From Heterodontus francisci (lineage: Eukaryota): DNA of 64,000 nucleotides. Where the stretch lies: NCBI RefSeq assembly GCF_036365525.1, contig NC_090409.1:39380437-39444436 (forward strand), read 5' to 3'. Positions 23,171 to 36,299 of this stretch are shown piece by piece. Each line of letters starts with the position of its first letter. Within the stretch, counting starts at the first letter, position 1. The notes below the pieces were generated by a model. It ran no database searches. It was not told the origin of the DNA and was given only the letters and a program-made list of their open reading frames with translations. Both the position numbers and the translations under genes were made by a program.

Positions 23171-25263
23171 CTACACACTCCTTCCAGTGGGGGAGTGGAA
23201 GCCCCTTCCCCAGACCCTCACCTGATTAATGTCACTCCAGGTGTTTACAGATATTAGAGAAAAATCACAGCAGACCAACACAGTGTTACTGCTCCCCAAT
23301 CAGTGAATGGGAGGGTTTTTAAAAATAAAACTCAGTATTTATTGATTGAATAAGTTGTTAAAAACAATGAACACTTGGAAATGTTACTATTTGTTCTGGA
23401 TGTCACTCTCACACCTTTGTTCTGTTCTGTGTGTAAAAGAAATTAAATAACTATTCTGTTCAATAATGTTCACAGGATGCTGTCTGTTGCTGTGATGAAG
23501 AGGTAGTTAATTTTGAAAACAAATTTCTCTATATTTCCAACAACCTGTCCGTGTAATTTACATTTTCCCTTTTCTTGAAAAAAAAAGCCTTGATAGGATT
23601 CACAAACAAACAGAGAGTGGAGAAATAGACTGACTTTTAAAAGACTGCAACAAAACTGTTAAAAGATTTTTTTTTAAAAAGGTAGTGTTTATTAACACAC
23701 ACCGACTCGAGAGGGGGTTAACTTCACAACGCACGCTCACAAACATACAAGGAAAAGTAAAGACATCAAAAGGGCAAGGACATTTACAAAAGTAGAAAAT
23801 AGTTTAATTACAATTGAAACTCAAATCTGTTTTTATTTTAAACTAAAAGTCAAATGCTTGAATTTACTGCCTGGAAGTGCTGATTTTCCCCTCCCTGACC
23901 CAGGCTCAGTCCAGTGTAAACTCAGTTAGTGCTGGACAGCCCCGTTCCCCAGAAGGTTTTGTTCTCCAGCTGCTCCATTCTGATGCTCAGGTGCTGTTGT
24001 CACAAGGTCCCGTGTTTCACCTGAACAAGTCACCCCTGTCAAAGTGTTGGGGGGGGGCGGTGGTCAATAGATGCTTCATTGCGATTTTTGCTGTGTTTGT
24101 TCTCTTTCCTGGGAGGGGAAAATAAAAACCAGCAGAGTTCAGGTTACATTAAAAGAATCCAACACTTTGTACAAGTGTGTAAAGGAGCTGTTCAGGAGCA
24201 CAGACCGATTAAATTACACTCAACATCCTGGGCACCAATGGCAGCTGGAAAATGGGTCACAGGAGCTGCACGGTGATGGAGCACAGAGTGTGGAGGAGAG
24301 GAGGCTTATAGAGGAGGCAATGGGCAAGAGCTGGACACTCCACAGGACCTGTGCTGACCGAGGCACCAGACCAATAGAAAAATGACAGCTCACCTCAACA
24401 TTGGAGATTAAGAAGAATTGACGAGGATCTCGGTTAACACTGAGCTGAAGATGATGGGGGTCAGATCAGACAGGAGGAGGCTGGGAATGTCCGTACTCTC
24501 CAGACTGATCCTGTATTATTGAGAGGAGCCACAGATGGACAGGATATTCCCTGATGTGATCAAACCCGACCCAGCAGTGACCAAACAGGCTGACGGAGGC
24601 AGAAATATCGTGATGGGGGAGAGTCAGAGGACAGAGTTAGAGAGTCTGCAATAGTTCCCCCTCCCCACTGGCAGCTGGGCAAGAGATGGGCAGGGAGATG
24701 TGGATGTTGAGGGAGGCAGAGAAATGCAGCATAGCCTTGTTAGTGATTAAAACCACTGATGGCCGGGTCACAGGGGGTGGGAGTGGACACAGGGTATATC
24801 AGAGGTGAAGGTAGGTGGTCTCAGGTGATGGAGAGGATACAGTGTCGGAGGCTCAGCTCAGGGTCTGATAGGACTCCAAGGTTGTGAACAGTCTGGTTCA
24901 GCCTCAGACAGTGGCCAGGGAGGGGGATGGAGTCAGTGGCTGGGGAACAGAGCAAGGATCAGAGGCTGGTGAAAAGTCAGAGGAGAGAGGACAAGGGGAC
25001 TTTAGGTGTAGGCTGGTGAGTTGTTTGCTGCAGAGATTAGGCGAGTGTCTATTAACTGTGTGATAGAGGGAGCCGCACATTCCTGCTCTTCACCTTCAGT
25101 TCAGCAGCTAGAAGATGACAACAAGCTGGAAGTGACTGGATAATGCAGCATTGAAACATCCCACACAGCACAAAGTGTATCAGTGCACACAACATTTCCA
25201 CAACACCAAATATAATAAAACAAAACTAGAATTAACAATGGGAACTGCAGAACATTCTAGAAC

Positions 25264-28200
25264 TCACCATCTTTGTCGCTTTCGGACAACAAAAACCACA
25301 ATTACAGCAATGAGGAGGAGAAGATGAAGAATTCCGATGACCAATCCAACTATTGCTTCAGTAGAGAGTCCACGACCTGGAGACAGAATGAAGCTGTTAA
25401 CAGACTGGGACACACTAACAAAACTAACAGCAGAGACAGTCAGCACCTAGTGTTTCAGAACCATCCCTAGTACAAACACATCCCTGGTCAATTCTAGTCC
25501 TGGAGGGATGTGGGATGTTAAATACCAATAATCACACACACACACACACACACCAAGCCACCCACAGTTCCTTGCACACACTCACTGCCCCACAGTCTGA
25601 TTGATACATGCTTTCCAATGGAGAGAACTGGACACTGACCAGCAGCAGCCTCCCTTCAAGTTGGGAATGGAAAGGGAGTTTGGAGATGGAACAACAGCTT
25701 CCAAGGGTGAGGGGTTGTTTTTTTTTGAGGAGGGGGTGATGATGGTGGATTTAAAAGGAGGAACAGAGAATATCTGAAGAGAAAGAACCATTTAAAATAC
25801 CGGCTCACGTGGGACCAGGAGGGAAAGTTGGATGATTAGTAGTTTAGCAGGAACAGGATCAAGGGGACAGGAGGTGGGTCTCATGGACAAGATGAGTTTA
25901 GAGAGGGAATGAGTGGAAATAGGAGAGAAACCAGAGAAAGATGAGAGTTCAGGGTTAGGGCAGGGGGGAGGATTATAGGAGGTTTAGCCAGGTGGGCGAC
26001 TGGAAGGGAGGGACACAGCAGAAGCAGCACAGTGGCACAGTGTTTAGCACTGCAGCCTCACAGCTCCAGCGACCCGGGTTCAATTCTGGGTGCTGCCCGT
26101 GTGGAGTTTGCAAGTTCTCCCTGTGTCTGCGTGGGTTTCCTCCGGGTGCTCCGGTTTCCTCCCACAGCCAGAAGACTTGCAGGTTGATAGGTAAATTGGC
26201 CATTGTAAATTGCCCCTAGTATAGGTAGGTGGTAGGGAAATATAGAGACAGGTGGGGACATGGTAAGAGTATGGGATGAATGTAGGATTAGTATAAATGG
26301 GTGGTTGATGGTCGGCTCAGACTCGGTGGGCCGAACGGCCTGTTTCAGTGTTGTATCTCGAAATAAATATTTTTAAAAAGAGACAGCTGATCGAATGGTC
26401 TCGAACTTAGTGACAGAACAGTCCATGAGCTCCTCGCACGTATTGTTGGACTTATTACCCATTCAGTGTGAGCATATGTAAAATCTCAAAACACATGCAG
26501 TAGTTTAGAAACAGATTTACCTGGTACAGGTGTGTTCAGTACAGGTGGGCAATTGCGCTCTAAAGAAAACATCATGTGTTTAGTATTGTGTGTGACGGTA
26601 GACAGGCAATTGCTCACACCTGAAGATCTAATACACAGTTTACAACAAAAATGCATTTCTTTAATGTAAAAAATCCCAGCAAGAAAAGTGTTCCAACTGT
26701 AGCTAACAAAAGAAATCAAGGATTGTATTAGAGCAAAGGAAGAGGCGTATAAAGTTGTCAAAAAAATGTTAATCCTGAGGATTGGGAACATTTCAAAATT
26801 CTGCAAAGGAGGACCGGGACAAAGTTTAAGAAAGGGAAATAGAATACGAGAGTAAATTAGCGAGAAACATAAAAACAGACTGTAAAAGCTTCTCCAGATC
26901 TGCAAAACAGAAAAGATTAGCAAAGACAAATGTGGGTCCATTACAAACAGACTTAGGAGAATTTATAATTGGGAACAAGGAAATGGCAGAGAAAATAAAA
27001 CAAATACTTTGTGTCTGTCTTCACAGAGGAAAATACTAAACACCTCCCAGAAATAATGGAGAATCAAGGGACTAGTGTAAACAAGGAACTGCAAGATACC
27101 AATATTAATAAACAAGTACAAGAGAAATTAGTGGGACTGAAAGTAGATAAATCCTCTGGACCTGATGATCTATATCCCAGCATGTTGAAAGAGGTGGCTG
27201 TAGAGATAGTTGATGCATTAGTGGTCATCTTTCAAAATTCTGTAGACTCTGGAATGGTTCCCGCAGACTGGAAGGTGGTAAATGTAACCCAACTGTTTAA
27301 GAAAGGAGGGAGAGAGAAAACAGGGAACTACAGACCTGTTAGCCTAGACATCAGTTATAGGGAAAATGCTAGAATCTACAATAAAGGATGTGATAACTGG
27401 ACACTTCGAAAATAATGGTAGGATTGGGCAGAGTCAACCTGGATTTATGAAAGGGAAATCATGTTTTATAAACCTGTTGGAGTTTTTTTTTGAGATGTAA
27501 CTAACAGAATAGAAAAGGGAGGGAAGAGGTGGATGTGCGATATCTGGATTTGAAGAAAACCTCTGATAAAGTCCCACACAAGAGGTTGGTAAACAAAATG
27601 AGAACACATGGGATTGGAGTGAATATACTGGCAGGGATTGAGAACTGGTTAACAGACAGAAAACAGAGAGTCGGAATAAATGGGTCATTTCCAGGTTGGC
27701 AGGTTGTTACAAGTTGGATACTACAAGGAACAGTGCTTGGGCCCAGCTATTAACAATCTAGATCAATGATTTGGATGTGGGGATTAAATGTAATATTTCC
27801 AAGTTTGCAGAAGACAAAAAACTAGGTGGAAGTGAGAGTTGTGAGGAGGACGCAAAGAGGCTTCAAGGAGATATGGAGAGGTTAAGCAAGTGGGCAAAAG
27901 ATTGGAGAAATGTGAGGTAATCCACTTTGGGAGGGAAAACAGAAATACAGAGTATTTCTTAAACAGTGAGAGGCTGGGAATGTTGAATTTCAAAAGGACT
28001 TGGGTGTCCTTGTTCATGAGTCACTGAAAGCTAACATGCAGGTACAGCAAGCAATTAAAACAGCTAATGGTATGTTGGTTTTTATTACAAGAGGATTTGA
28101 GTATAGGAGTAAAGACTGCAATTATATAGAGCCTTGGTGAGACTGCATCTGGAGTATTGTGTAGTTTTGGTCTCATTACCAAAGGAAAGATACACTTGCC

Positions 28201-31200
28201 TCGAAGACAGTGCAACGAAGGTTCATCAAACTAATTCCCGGGATGGAGGGATTGTCTGATGAGGAAAGATTAAATGGACTGGGCCTTTATTCTCTAGAGT
28301 TTAGAAGAATGAGAGGTGATCTCATTCAAACATACAAAATTCTTACAGGTCTCGACAGGGTAGATGTAGGAAGGATGTCTCCCCAGGCTGGGGGTGGGGG
28401 GGTGGGGGTCTAGAACCAGGGGACACAGTCTCAGAATAAGAGGTAAGCCATTTAGGACTGAGATTAGGAGGAATTTCTTCACTCAGAGGGTGGTGAATCT
28501 TCAGAATTCTCTGCCCCAGAGGGCAGTGGAGGCTCAATCATTGAGTATGTTCAAGACTGAGATCGACAGATTTCTACATATTAAAAATATCAAGGGTTAC
28601 GGGGGTAGTGCAGGAAAATGGTGTTGAAGTAGAAGATCAGCCATGATCTCATTGAATGTCGGAACAGGCTCGAAGGGCTGAATGGCCTCCTCTTGCTCCT
28701 ATTTCTTATGTAAACTGCAGAAATGTTCAAATACTCTATCGGGCTGTAGGGAAACACATCCCGGGAGGAACGAGACTCGGGACAAACAGATCAGGAAGGA
28801 TCAGGAACAGGGTCGGCAGAGTGAAAAATCCAACAGGATTGCATTCACTTTGAGGGGTAGAATGGAAGTTTTCCAGAGTTACCCCCAGCAGGATCATTCC
28901 CAGCAGACTACACCCACCTGTGGAGAGAATTCCCACAGGATCCTGGGCTGACTGGGATACACTTTCAAGGTAAGTGCACTGGGTCTTGTAAAGGCTGCCT
29001 GAGAGGTGCTATGGACCCCACCTCCTTCACCCCAACATCTGGAGACAGATGTAGCATGTTTTTGGAGAGTGAGAGCAGCTTAATAGCACCGTTAACTCCT
29101 TCCATCACCCAGTTTAGCAGCTCTGTCCTTCAGGGCTCAGCCAGCTCGGTCAGTGGTGGGATTACAGAGTGACCCTTGGTGATAGACAGTGAAGTCCCCA
29201 CTCAGTACATTCTGTGTCCTTGTTACCCTCAGTGCTTCCTCCAAGTGGTGTTCAACGTGGAGGAGAACTGATTCATCAGCTGAGGGAGGGCAGGAGGTGA
29301 TAATCAGCAGGAGGTCTCCAGGCCCATGTTTGACCTGAAGCTGAGAGATTTCATGGGGTTCAGAGTCAATGTTGAGGAGTCCTGGGGTCACTCCCTCCTG
29401 ACTGTATACCACTGTGTCCCCACCACTGGTGGGTCTGTCCTGCCAGTGGGACAGGACATACCCAGGGATGGTGATCGAGGAGTCTGGGATGTCGGGTTGA
29501 TTCTGTGACTATGACTGTCTCACAAATCTCTCCCAACATGGACACCAGTCTCCAGATGTCAGTGAGGGGGACTTTGCAGTGTCAAAAGGGCTGGGTTAGC
29601 CTTTGCTGTGTCCTGATTCGATATCTGGGTCACAGCCAGTGGTCCGTTCAGTTTTATTCCTGTTTTTCTTTCTGGTGGTTTGATACAAACTGATTGAAGT
29701 GACCGAGCAAATCAGAGGGCAGTTAAAAGTCAACCAGGTTAATGTGGGACTGGAGTCACATATAGACCAGACCAGGTAAGGATGGCAGGTTTCCTTTCCG
29801 AGAGGGACATTAGTGAACCAGTTGGGTTTTACAACAATCCAACAGCTTCATGGTCACTTTTATTGGGACCAACTTTATATTTCCAGATTTATTTTAAACT
29901 GAATTTCAATTCTGAAAGTGGGATTCCATGGTGGGATTTGAACTCACATTCTCTGGATTATTTTTTTTAATTCATCCATGGGATGTGGGCGTCGCTGGCC
30001 AGGCCAGGATTTATTGCCCATCCCTAATTGCCCTTGAGAAGGTGGTGGTGAGCTGCCTTCTTGAACCGCTGCAGTCCAGGTGGGTTAGGTACACCCACAG
30101 TGCTGTTCGGAAGGGAGTTCTAGGATTTTGACCCAGCGACAGTGAAGGAACGGTGATATAGTTCCAAGTCAGGATGGTGTGTGACTTGGAGGGGAACTTG
30201 CAGGTGGTGGTGTTCCCATGTATTTGCTGCCCTTGTCCTTCTAGTTGGTAGAGGTCACGGGTTTGGAAGGTGCTGTCTAAGGAGCCTTGGTGCATTGCTG
30301 CAGTGCATCTTGTAGATGGTACACACTGCTGCCACTGTGCGTTGGTGGTGGAGGGAGTGAATGTTTGTAGATGGGGTGCCAATCAAGCGGGCTGCTTTGT
30401 CCTGGATGGTGTTGAGCTTCTTGAGTGTTGTTGGAGCTGCACCCATCCAGGCAAGTGGAGAGTATTCCATCACACTCCTGACTTGTGCCTTGTAGATGGT
30501 GGACAGGCTTTGGGGAGTCAGGAGGTGAGTTACTCGCCTCAGGATTCCCAGCCTCTGACCTGCTCTTGTAGCCATGGTATTTATATGGCTACTCCAGTTC
30601 AGTTTCTGGTCAATGGTAGCCCCTAGGATGTTGATAGTGGGGGATTCAGCGATGGTAATGCCGTTGAATGTCAAGGGGAGATGGTTAGATTCTCTCTTGT
30701 TGGAGATGGTCATTGCCTGGCACTTGTGTGGTGCGAATGTTACTTGCCACTTAACAGCCCAAGCCTGGATATTGTCCAGGTCTTGCTGCATTTCTACACG
30801 GACTGCTTCAGTATCTGAGGAGTCACGAATGGTGCTGAACATTGTGCAATCACCAGCGAACATCCCCACTTCTGAACTTATGATTGAAAGAAGGTCATTG
30901 ATGAAGCAGCTGAAGATGGTTGGGCCTCGGACACTACCCTGAGGAATTAGAATTAGAACATTACAGCGCAGTGCAGGCCCTTCGGCCCTCGATGTTGCGC
31001 CGACCTGTGAAACCATCTGACCTACACTATTCCATTTTCATCCATGTGTCTATCCAATGTCCACTTAAATGCCCTTAAAGTTGGCGAGTCTACTACTGTT
31101 GCAGGCAGGGCGTTCCACGCCCTTACTACTCTCTGAGTAAAGAAACTACCTCTGACATCTGTCCTATATCTATCACCCCTCAACTTAAAGCTATGTCCCC

Positions 31201-33728
31201 TCGTGTTTGCCATCACCATCCGAGGAAAAAGACTCTCACTATCCAACCTATCTAACCCTCTGATTATCTTATATGTCTCTATTAAGTCACCTCTCCTCCT
31301 CCTTCTCTCCAATGAAAACAACCTCAAGTCCCTCAGCCTTCCCTCCATACCAGGCAACATCCTAGTAAATCTCCTCTGCACCCTTTCCATAGCTTCCACA
31401 TCCTTCCTATAATGCAGTGACCAGAACTGCACGCAATACTCCAGGTGCGGTCTCACCAGAGTTTTGTACAGCTGCAGCATGACCTCGTGGCTCCGAAACT
31501 CGATCCCCCTACTAATAAAAGCTAATACACCATATGCCTTCTTAACAGCCCTATTAACCTGGGTAGCAACCTTCAGGGATTTATGCACCTGGACACCAAG
31601 ATCTCTCTGTTCATCTACACTACCAAGAATCTTCCCATTAGCCCAGTACTCTGCATTCCTGTTACTCCTTCCAAAGTGAATCACCTCGCACTTTTCCACA
31701 TTAAACTCCATTTGCCATCTCTCAGCCCAGCTCTGCAGCCTATCTATGTCCCTCTGTACCCTACAACACCCTTCGACACTATCCACAACTCCACCGACCT
31801 TCGTGTCATCCGCAAATTTACTAACCCACCCTTCTACACCCTCATCCAGGTCATTTATAAAAATGACAAACAGCAGTGGCCCCAAAACAGATCCTTGCGG
31901 TACACCACTAGTAACTAAACTCCAGAATGAACATTTGCCATCAACCACCACCCTCTGTCTTCTTTCAGCTAGCCAATTTCTGATCCAAAGCTCTAAATCA
32001 CCTTCAACCCCATACTTCCGTATTTTCTGCAATAGCCTACCATGGGGAACCTTATCAAACGCCTTACTGAAATCCATATACACCACATCCACTGCTTTAC
32101 CCTCATCCACCTGTTTGGTCACCTTCTCGAAAAACTCAATAAGGTTTGTGAGGCACGACCTACCCGTCACAAAACTGTGCTGACTATCGCTAATAAGGAA
32201 CTCCTGCAGTGATGTCCTGGAGCTCAGATGATTGACCTCCAACAACCACAACCATCTTCCTTTGTGCTAGGTATGACTTCAGCCAGCGGAGGGTTTTCCC
32301 CGATTCCCATCGACCTCAGTTTTGCGAGGGCTCCTTGATGCCATATTCGGTCAAATGCTGCCTTGATGTCAACGGCAGTCACTCTCACCTCACCTCTGGA
32401 TTACTAGTCCAGGCCTCTGGATTACTAGTCTAGTAACATAACCACTGCACTACTGTACCAATAAAATCAGAGTAAATGCAGAATACCTGAAACAGAAACC
32501 TCTCACCTGTTACAGAGAGATCGACATCTTGATGAAAGACAACATCTGCCCTCTTGTAAAACTGGCACACATACTTGTACTGGTCTGACTGCCTGAGGTC
32601 AGAGATCATAACTGACCAGTTGCCTTGTTCCAGTTGATCTTTGAACAGGTTTGTTCTGTTTCTGAACCGTGGGTCTTGTAGTGCCAAATCATCATTTCCA
32701 TTGACAAATTTGTGTAAAACTCCACGCTTGAATATCCACCAAATTACCTGGAAATCAGAGACTGGGACATTCTCTTTGTAGACACATGGCAGCACAACCT
32801 GCTCCCCAAGGAACCCAGAAACTGGGACAGGCGAGTAACCTGGAAAAGATTGAAAGTATTTATCCACAGATATAACCTCCCTGCTGGTACATTCCATCCC
32901 AAGCTTCACATGGTTACACTGCGATGCTTGATTTACAAGAAGCACTGATCAGTAACTCACTGCTTTCATTTCTGTGGGAAGGTTAAAGGTCAGGCATTAA
33001 GGGCCTTCAACTAAAACCAGCTTGTGCTGGATATTTGTATCCACAGAGCAGCTGGACAGCACTTTGAATCGTGTGTTTCCCATTGTACACATGCTGGGAG
33101 AACACATCAGGATATTGGTCACCCTGCCCACCTCCCCCCTTTGGGAGAACAATGACAGACCAGTGAACTGGCAGTGAGATCCCCAAACAAACACTGGATT
33201 TGGGACTGAGGTTTGCAGAATCACCCAGGCTTCAACACTGAACCAACTAATCCGAGCTCTGCTGAACGTGAGAGCAGTCACAGCGCTTACCTGAAACAGC
33301 AGCAACAGCATTTAGCAGCAGCAGGAGGAGGAGGAGTTTCTGTAAGTTGGGTCCCTGCAACAAGAAAACACAGTTACCCCCCTTTACCACAGTTTCTTGC
33401 TGCTCATGTCCATTTCTGAACCGGACTGTGTCACTGTGTCCCCCACCCCTGGGTGTAGATTAACAGCTAGGTGTTTATTTTCAGTTTAAACACAGTTTCT
33501 CTCGCTCCATCTCCTGTCTGACATTTCTCCTTTTATAAATGAGACCCTGCCCCAGGGTCAGGAAGACAACGCCCCGAAATGGAACAAACTCTCCTCCTTT
33601 TTTTTTTAGAGGGAGACAAACAATAAAGAGGCGAATCCTCGGGGAGAGAAAGGAAAGTTTCCCCCACATCCCCCTCCCTCTCCCCGGGTGTGAGACACTG
33701 ACAATACCTGCAGCGCTTTTCCATCCAT
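25264..33728 (-). CDS. Paralog B: single-IgV type-I membrane protein, B7-family/butyrophilin-like
   Basis: Exons 33728-33708 (MDGKALQ), 33354-33291 (signal), 32839-32507 (IgV), 26559-26521 (stalk ERNCPPVLNTPVP) and 25376-25268 (TM GRGLSTEAIVGLVIGILHLLLLIAVIVVFVVRKRQR). Introns are GT-AG with compatible phases; the last exon is uncertain. Confidence 0.85.
26025..26365 (+). mobile_element. HE1-like V-SINE
   Basis: Full head, V-domain and tail, as at 4685-5040. Confidence 0.88.
26620..28715 (+). mobile_element. Old CR1 ORF2 remnant plus 3' UTR in paralog B intron 3
   Basis: ORFs 27011-27415, 27529-27753 and 28210-28627 carry degenerate CR1 RT motifs. Confidence 0.85.
29961..32393 (-). mobile_element. 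CR1/L2-group LINE 3' part, specific to paralog B
   Basis: PQGSVRGPTIFSCFINDL...FAGDCT...YKAQVRSVMEYS; A-rich tail; flanked by ctctggatta at 29951-29960 and 32394-32403. Confidence 0.85.
30947..32195 (-). mobile_element. Young CR1 nested inside the previous LINE
   Basis: ORF 31022-32251 with intact RT motifs; AGGAA duplicated at 30942-30946 and 32196-32200; (ttctaa)n tail. Confidence 0.92.
32507..32839 (-). CDS. IgV exon of paralog B
   Basis: 333 nt, phase 1-1, canonical C/W/DxxxYxC residues. Confidence 0.92.
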
Positions 33729-33844
33729 TCTCCCGAACCCTGATCATCCCCTCTCGGAGACGGAGACAGGGAATCTGCTGCTCAACCCGGATCGGCCAAC
33801 TGCGCCTGTTATACTTTGAAACACAGGGACGATAGGGGTATGGT

Positions 33845-34938
33845 CCAGACAGAGGGGAATCAGTCCCGGTCCCCGTGTCTGTGTCTCTGTCCAGACAGAG
33901 GGGGGATCAGTCCCAGTCCCTGTGTCTGGGTTCAGACAGAGGGGGATCAGTCCTGGTCCCTGTGTCTGGGTCCAGACAGAGGGGAATCAGTCCTAACCCC
34001 TGTGTCTGGGTCCAGACAGAGGGGGATCAGTCCTGGTCCCAGTGTCTGGGTTCAGACAGAGGGGGATCAGTCCGAGTCCCTGTGTCTGGGTCCAGACAGA
34101 GGGGGATCAGTCCCAGTCCCCGTGTCTGGGTCCAGACAGAGGGGGATCAGTCCCAGTCCCCGTGTCTGTGTCAGGGTCCAGACAGAGGGGGATCAGTCCC
34201 GGTCCCTGTATCTGGGTCCAGACAGAGGGGGATCAGTCCGAGTCCCTGTGTCTGGGTCCAGACAGAGGGGGATCAGTCCCAGTCCCCGTGTCTGGGTCCA
34301 GACAGAGGGGGATCAGTCCCAGTCCCCGTGTCTGTGTCAGGGTCCAGACAGAGGGGAATCAGTCCCGGTCCCTGTGTCTGGGTCCAGACAGAGGATGATC
34401 AGTCTGGGTCCCTGTGTCTGGGTCCAGACAGAGAGGGATCAGTCCCGGTCCCTGTATCTGGGTCCAGACAGAGGGGGATCAGTCCCGGTCCCTGTATCTG
34501 GGTCCAGACAGAGGGGGATCAGTCCTAGTCCCTGTGTCTGGGTCCAGACAGAGGGGGATCAGTCCCGGTCCCCGTGTCTGGGTCCAGAAAGAGGGGGATC
34601 AGTCCCGGTCCCCGTGTCTGGGTCCAGAAAGAGGGGGATCAGTCCCGGACTCTGTGTCTGTGTCTGGGTCCAGACTGAGAGGGGAGTCAAACCCAGTCCC
34701 AGTCCCTGTGTCTGGGTCCAGACAGAGAGGGATCAGTCCTGGTCCCTGGGTCTGGGTTCAGACAGAGAGGGATCAGTCCTGGTCCCTGTGTCTGGGTCTG
34801 GGTTCAGACGGAGAGGGATCAGTCCCAGTCCCTGTGTCTGGGTCTGGGTTCAGACGGAGAGGGATCAGTCCCGGTCCCTGTGTCTGGGTCTGGGTCCAGA
34901 CAGAGAGGGATCAGTCCTGGTCCCTGTGTCTGGGTCCA
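33845..34938. repeat. 40-bp minisatellite (with 52-bp variants, ~25 copies) just upstream of paralog B exon 1
   Basis: Unit gtccagacagagggggatcagtcccggtccctgtgtctgg. Confidence 0.93.
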
Positions 34939-34944
34939 TGGAGA

Positions 34945-35470
34945 GTATGCACACCATTCTGCTGTTAGGAAGGATGTTGCAGGATTTTGACCCAGCGACA
35001 GTTCTACTCGGGATGGTGTGTGGCTTGGAGGGGAACTTGCAGGTGGTGGTGTTCCCATGCATCTGCTGCCTTTGTCCTTCTAGTTGGTAGAGGTCATGGG
35101 TTTGGAAGGTGTTGTCTAAGGAGCCTTGGTGCGTTGCTGCAGTGCATCTTGTAGATGGTACACACTGCTACCACTGTGTGTCGGTGGTGGAGAGAGTGAA
35201 TGTTTGTAGATGGGGTGTCAATCAAGCGGGCTGCTTTGTCCTGGATGGTGTCGAGCTTCTTGAGTGTTGTTGGAGCTGCACTCATCCAGGCAAGTGGAGA
35301 GTCTTCCATCACACTCCTGACTTGTGCCTTGTCGATGGTGGACAGGCTTTGGGGAGTCGGGAGGTGAGTTACTCGCCTCAGGATTCCCAGTCTCTGACCT
35401 GCTCTTGTAGTCACAGTATTTATATGGCTGGTCCAGTTCAGTTTCTGGTCAATGGTAACCCCCAGAATGT
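34945..35470 (-). mobile_element. CR1/L2-group LINE fragment
   Basis: ORF 35094-35543 nearly matches ORF 30255-31016. Confidence 0.85.
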
Positions 35471-35769
35471 TCTGGATGATATTTCCAGGATGGTGAGTGA
35501 CCTTGAGAGGAACATGCGAGGCCTCCTTAGACCGACTGCACAATTTTTGTATCCGTGCTTATATAATGAATATTTTGCACTTGTTTTGCTCTCAGCAAAT
35601 TTTAAAATTAAAAATTAGATTCCATAGTGAGGGAATAATGTTAAAAAGAAAGCCCAAACAGAAACAAAGCAAATTGTCTATAATTATAAACTCTGTCCTG
35701 CTTTCCAGTCAATGAGGTTTTATCACAACTGCTGAAAGTCTTTATTTCACAATTTTATTGTTTTAGCTC

Positions 35770-35990
35770 GATTTCTATTGGTGGATTCTAACCGTCAATC
35801 AGCGCAGACCCGCCCCTCGGCGGCGAAACAGCTGGGCGGAGCATTCATCGCCTTGACCCTGATCGACACCGAGCTCGGCCAATAGGAACACAGACTGACA
35901 TGAGTCGGTTCAGCCAATGGGCGGCAGCGGGGGCGGGACCGCGCTGAACAAGATGGCCCCCGTGTCCGCCGCCATTTTAAAGTTTATTTC
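35770..35990. promoter_or_regulatory. CpG-rich promoter-like element
   Basis: High CpG density, two CCAAT plus one ATTGG, GGGCGG boxes, YY1-like AAGATGGC and CCGCCATTTT. Confidence 0.6.
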
Positions 35991-36084
35991 CTGCACCATC
36001 TGGTCTGGATGGTGAACGGTGCTGAAAAAAACAAGGAGGCGCAAACCGCAAACAGCAACGTTTATCAGGAAGGAGCCGCTCGCC

Positions 36085-36195
36085 ATTACTGACCCCCCCG
36101 AGTGTGAGACACTGACAGTACCTGAAACCCCTTTTCTATCGTCAAGGCCTCGATCATCCCCTCCCGGAGACAGGGGAGCTGCTGCTGCTCAGCCG
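36085..36195 (-). pseudogene. ATG-less homolog of the family's exon 1 and intron-1 start
   Basis: Reverse complement reads ...gatagaaaaggggtttcag|GTACTGtcagtgtctcacactcgggggggtcagtaatgg, matching the exon-1 donor region of A, C and D. Confidence 0.55.
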
Positions 36196-36299
36196 GAGGA
36201 GTCAGACCGAAAGAGAAAGAGCAGCTGCAGGCAGAGACCAAAGTACAAGGGCAGGGTGGAGCCAGAGGCTGAGCGGATAATGTTATTGGACTGGCAATC

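Noticed and set aside
33816-35090. 424-aa ORF, and similarly the ORFs at 49164-49843
   Set aside because: Minisatellite read-through (40-bp and 47-bp units), partly running into LINE sequence.
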